Below are positions 62,816 to 64,000 of a stretch of DNA of 64,000 bases, in pieces. The stretch is taken from assembly GCA_963817955.1 (NCBI GenBank), contig CAWFQK010000004.1, positions 1,536,001 through 1,600,000 of the forward strand. The letters run 5' to 3'. The translations under genes were made by a program, and so were the position numbers. Source of the stretch: an uncultured Gemmatimonadaceae bacterium. GTDB taxonomy: Bacteria > Gemmatimonadota > Gemmatimonadetes > Gemmatimonadales > Gemmatimonadaceae. Numbering within the stretch: position 1 is the first letter of the stretch; each line of letters begins with the position of its first letter. The notes under the pieces are model-generated. The model did not search any database, was not told the origin of the DNA, and worked only from the letters and a program-made list of their open reading frames with translations.

Positions 62816-63000
62816 AAGGGAGCCAAGGGATGGAATCGCCATGCGGGAACCTTGAATTCCGAATGTGTATTCTCCGCAAAGAAAACGCAACACCTCAGGG
62901 CGCGACTCATGCATGGGGGTCTTCTCTGAAAGAGTACGCAGCGGCATGCCGGTCGGCATGCTCTCTCGTACTACGTACATCCTCGACTCTCGAAGAACGT

Positions 63001-64000
63001 ATGTCTCTATCGATTCGGCACCGCACCGTCGTTGGGGTCGCCTTCAGCGTGATCGCGATCGCTGTAAACGGTTGCGCAAATGGGAGTGAGCCGACCACCG
63101 GGCCCACGACATCCACAGGCCCCTCGTTCTCGTCTACTCCATGCTCTGTAGCGGGAACTTTGCAGTTGTCGTCCGCCCAGGCCGCGCGGGTGGACTGCAC
63201 GAATGGCGGCAACGCGTTGACGCTGGCCGGTGGCGGAGCCAGCTATATCGTGGTGCCGCAGTTCGCCGTGAGCCAGGTTCCGATGACATTCGTTCCGTTC
63301 CGCCTCAACGTCGGGGTGGGGGCCGCCGCGTCGCTCGTGCCGGTCTCGACGTCGCCGGTTGCATATTCCCTGAACCCATCGATGGCGTTCGCGGCCGTAT
63401 CGCGACGATTCGTGCCGTCGCAGCAACCCGGAACCAACCAGCGCTCGTTCGATCGCATGCTTCGCGCACGCGCGAGTACCAAAGTCCGCGCCGGTATATG
63501 GCGGAGCCCGATTGCAGCTCCAGGAATGGCCGCCTCGCGAATGGTTATCCGGGCAGACATCGCGCCGCCGCCAGTCGGCAGCGTTCGACGGTTCCGCGTG
63601 CTTGCCGATGTGTCGGGATCGAACTTCACCAACGTTGACGCTCGACTCGCGTTCGCCGGCAACAGTGTTCTTATCTATATGGATACGCTGGCCCCGGCAA
63701 ATGGCTTCAACGCGTCGCAACTGCAGGCGTTCGGCGTCCTGTTCGATCAGACCTTGTATCCCATCGATACCGTGGCATTCGGACCTCCCTCTGACATTGA
63801 TCAGAACGGGCGCGTGATCATGTTGATGACGCCGCGCGTGAACGCGCTGACGCCAGCGGCACAATGCCAGACGAACGGATTCGTGGCGGGCTTCTTCAAC
63901 GAGGAAGACCTGGGGGGTGGGGCCAATGATCCCAATTCCAACAACGGGGAAGTCTTCTACTCCATGGTTCCCGACCCGAGCGGCGTCGCGAGTTGCGCGC
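63001..64000 (+). CDS. Lipoprotein, possibly peptidase M30-like (partial, runs off the window)
   Basis: ATG63001 MSLSIRHR..VNGC lipobox; open to window end; FG.PSDID.NGRVI.L.T..VN, GFF...DL, SN.GEVFY; catalytic motif not in window. Confidence 0.7.
   Translation, partial: MSLSIRHRTVVGVAFSVIAIAVNGCANGSEPTTGPTTSTGPSFSSTPCSVAGTLQLSSAQAARVDCTNGGNALTLAGGGASYIVVPQFAVSQVPMTFVPFRLNVGVGAAASLVPVSTSPVAYSLNPSMAFAAVSRRFVPSQQPGTNQRSFDRMLRARASTKVRAGIWRSPIAAPGMAASRMVIRADIAPPPVGSVRRFRVLADVSGSNFTNVDARLAFAGNSVLIYMDTLAPANGFNASQLQAFGVLFDQTLYPIDTVAFGPPSDIDQNGRVIMLMTPRVNALTPAAQCQTNGFVAGFFNEEDLGGGANDPNSNNGEVFYSMVPDPSGVASCA

Overview
High-GC bacterial chromosomal segment; the protein families suggest Gemmatimonadota (inference). 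Most of the window is ordinary metabolic, transport and signalling genes (glnS, acyl-CoA dehydrogenase, tex, tyrosine phenol-lyase, mmsA, aceK, P-type ATPase, two histidine kinases). I found no rRNA, tRNA or CRISPR array. The most striking signal is a modular dispersed repeat family: an 86-nt core in 9 near-complete copies plus fragments, joined to heptamer tandem arrays that often start right at stop codons. Two copies form 118-bp inverted arms around a four-helix-bundle (23S-IVP/Avd-like) gene, and two other inverted pairs share pair-specific variants. Three accessory patches are present. 1840-8640 holds a MITE-like nested inverted repeat, a KilA-N gene split by a transposase-less insertion with an 8-bp direct repeat, a ~43-unit indel-free 21-bp array and a frameshifted gene. 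27700-28500 holds a TumE/TumA-like toxin-antitoxin pair. 37245-38830 holds MntA/HepT, IS256 and IS701 remnants and a CcbP-like gene. All family assignments come from motif recognition, not database searches.
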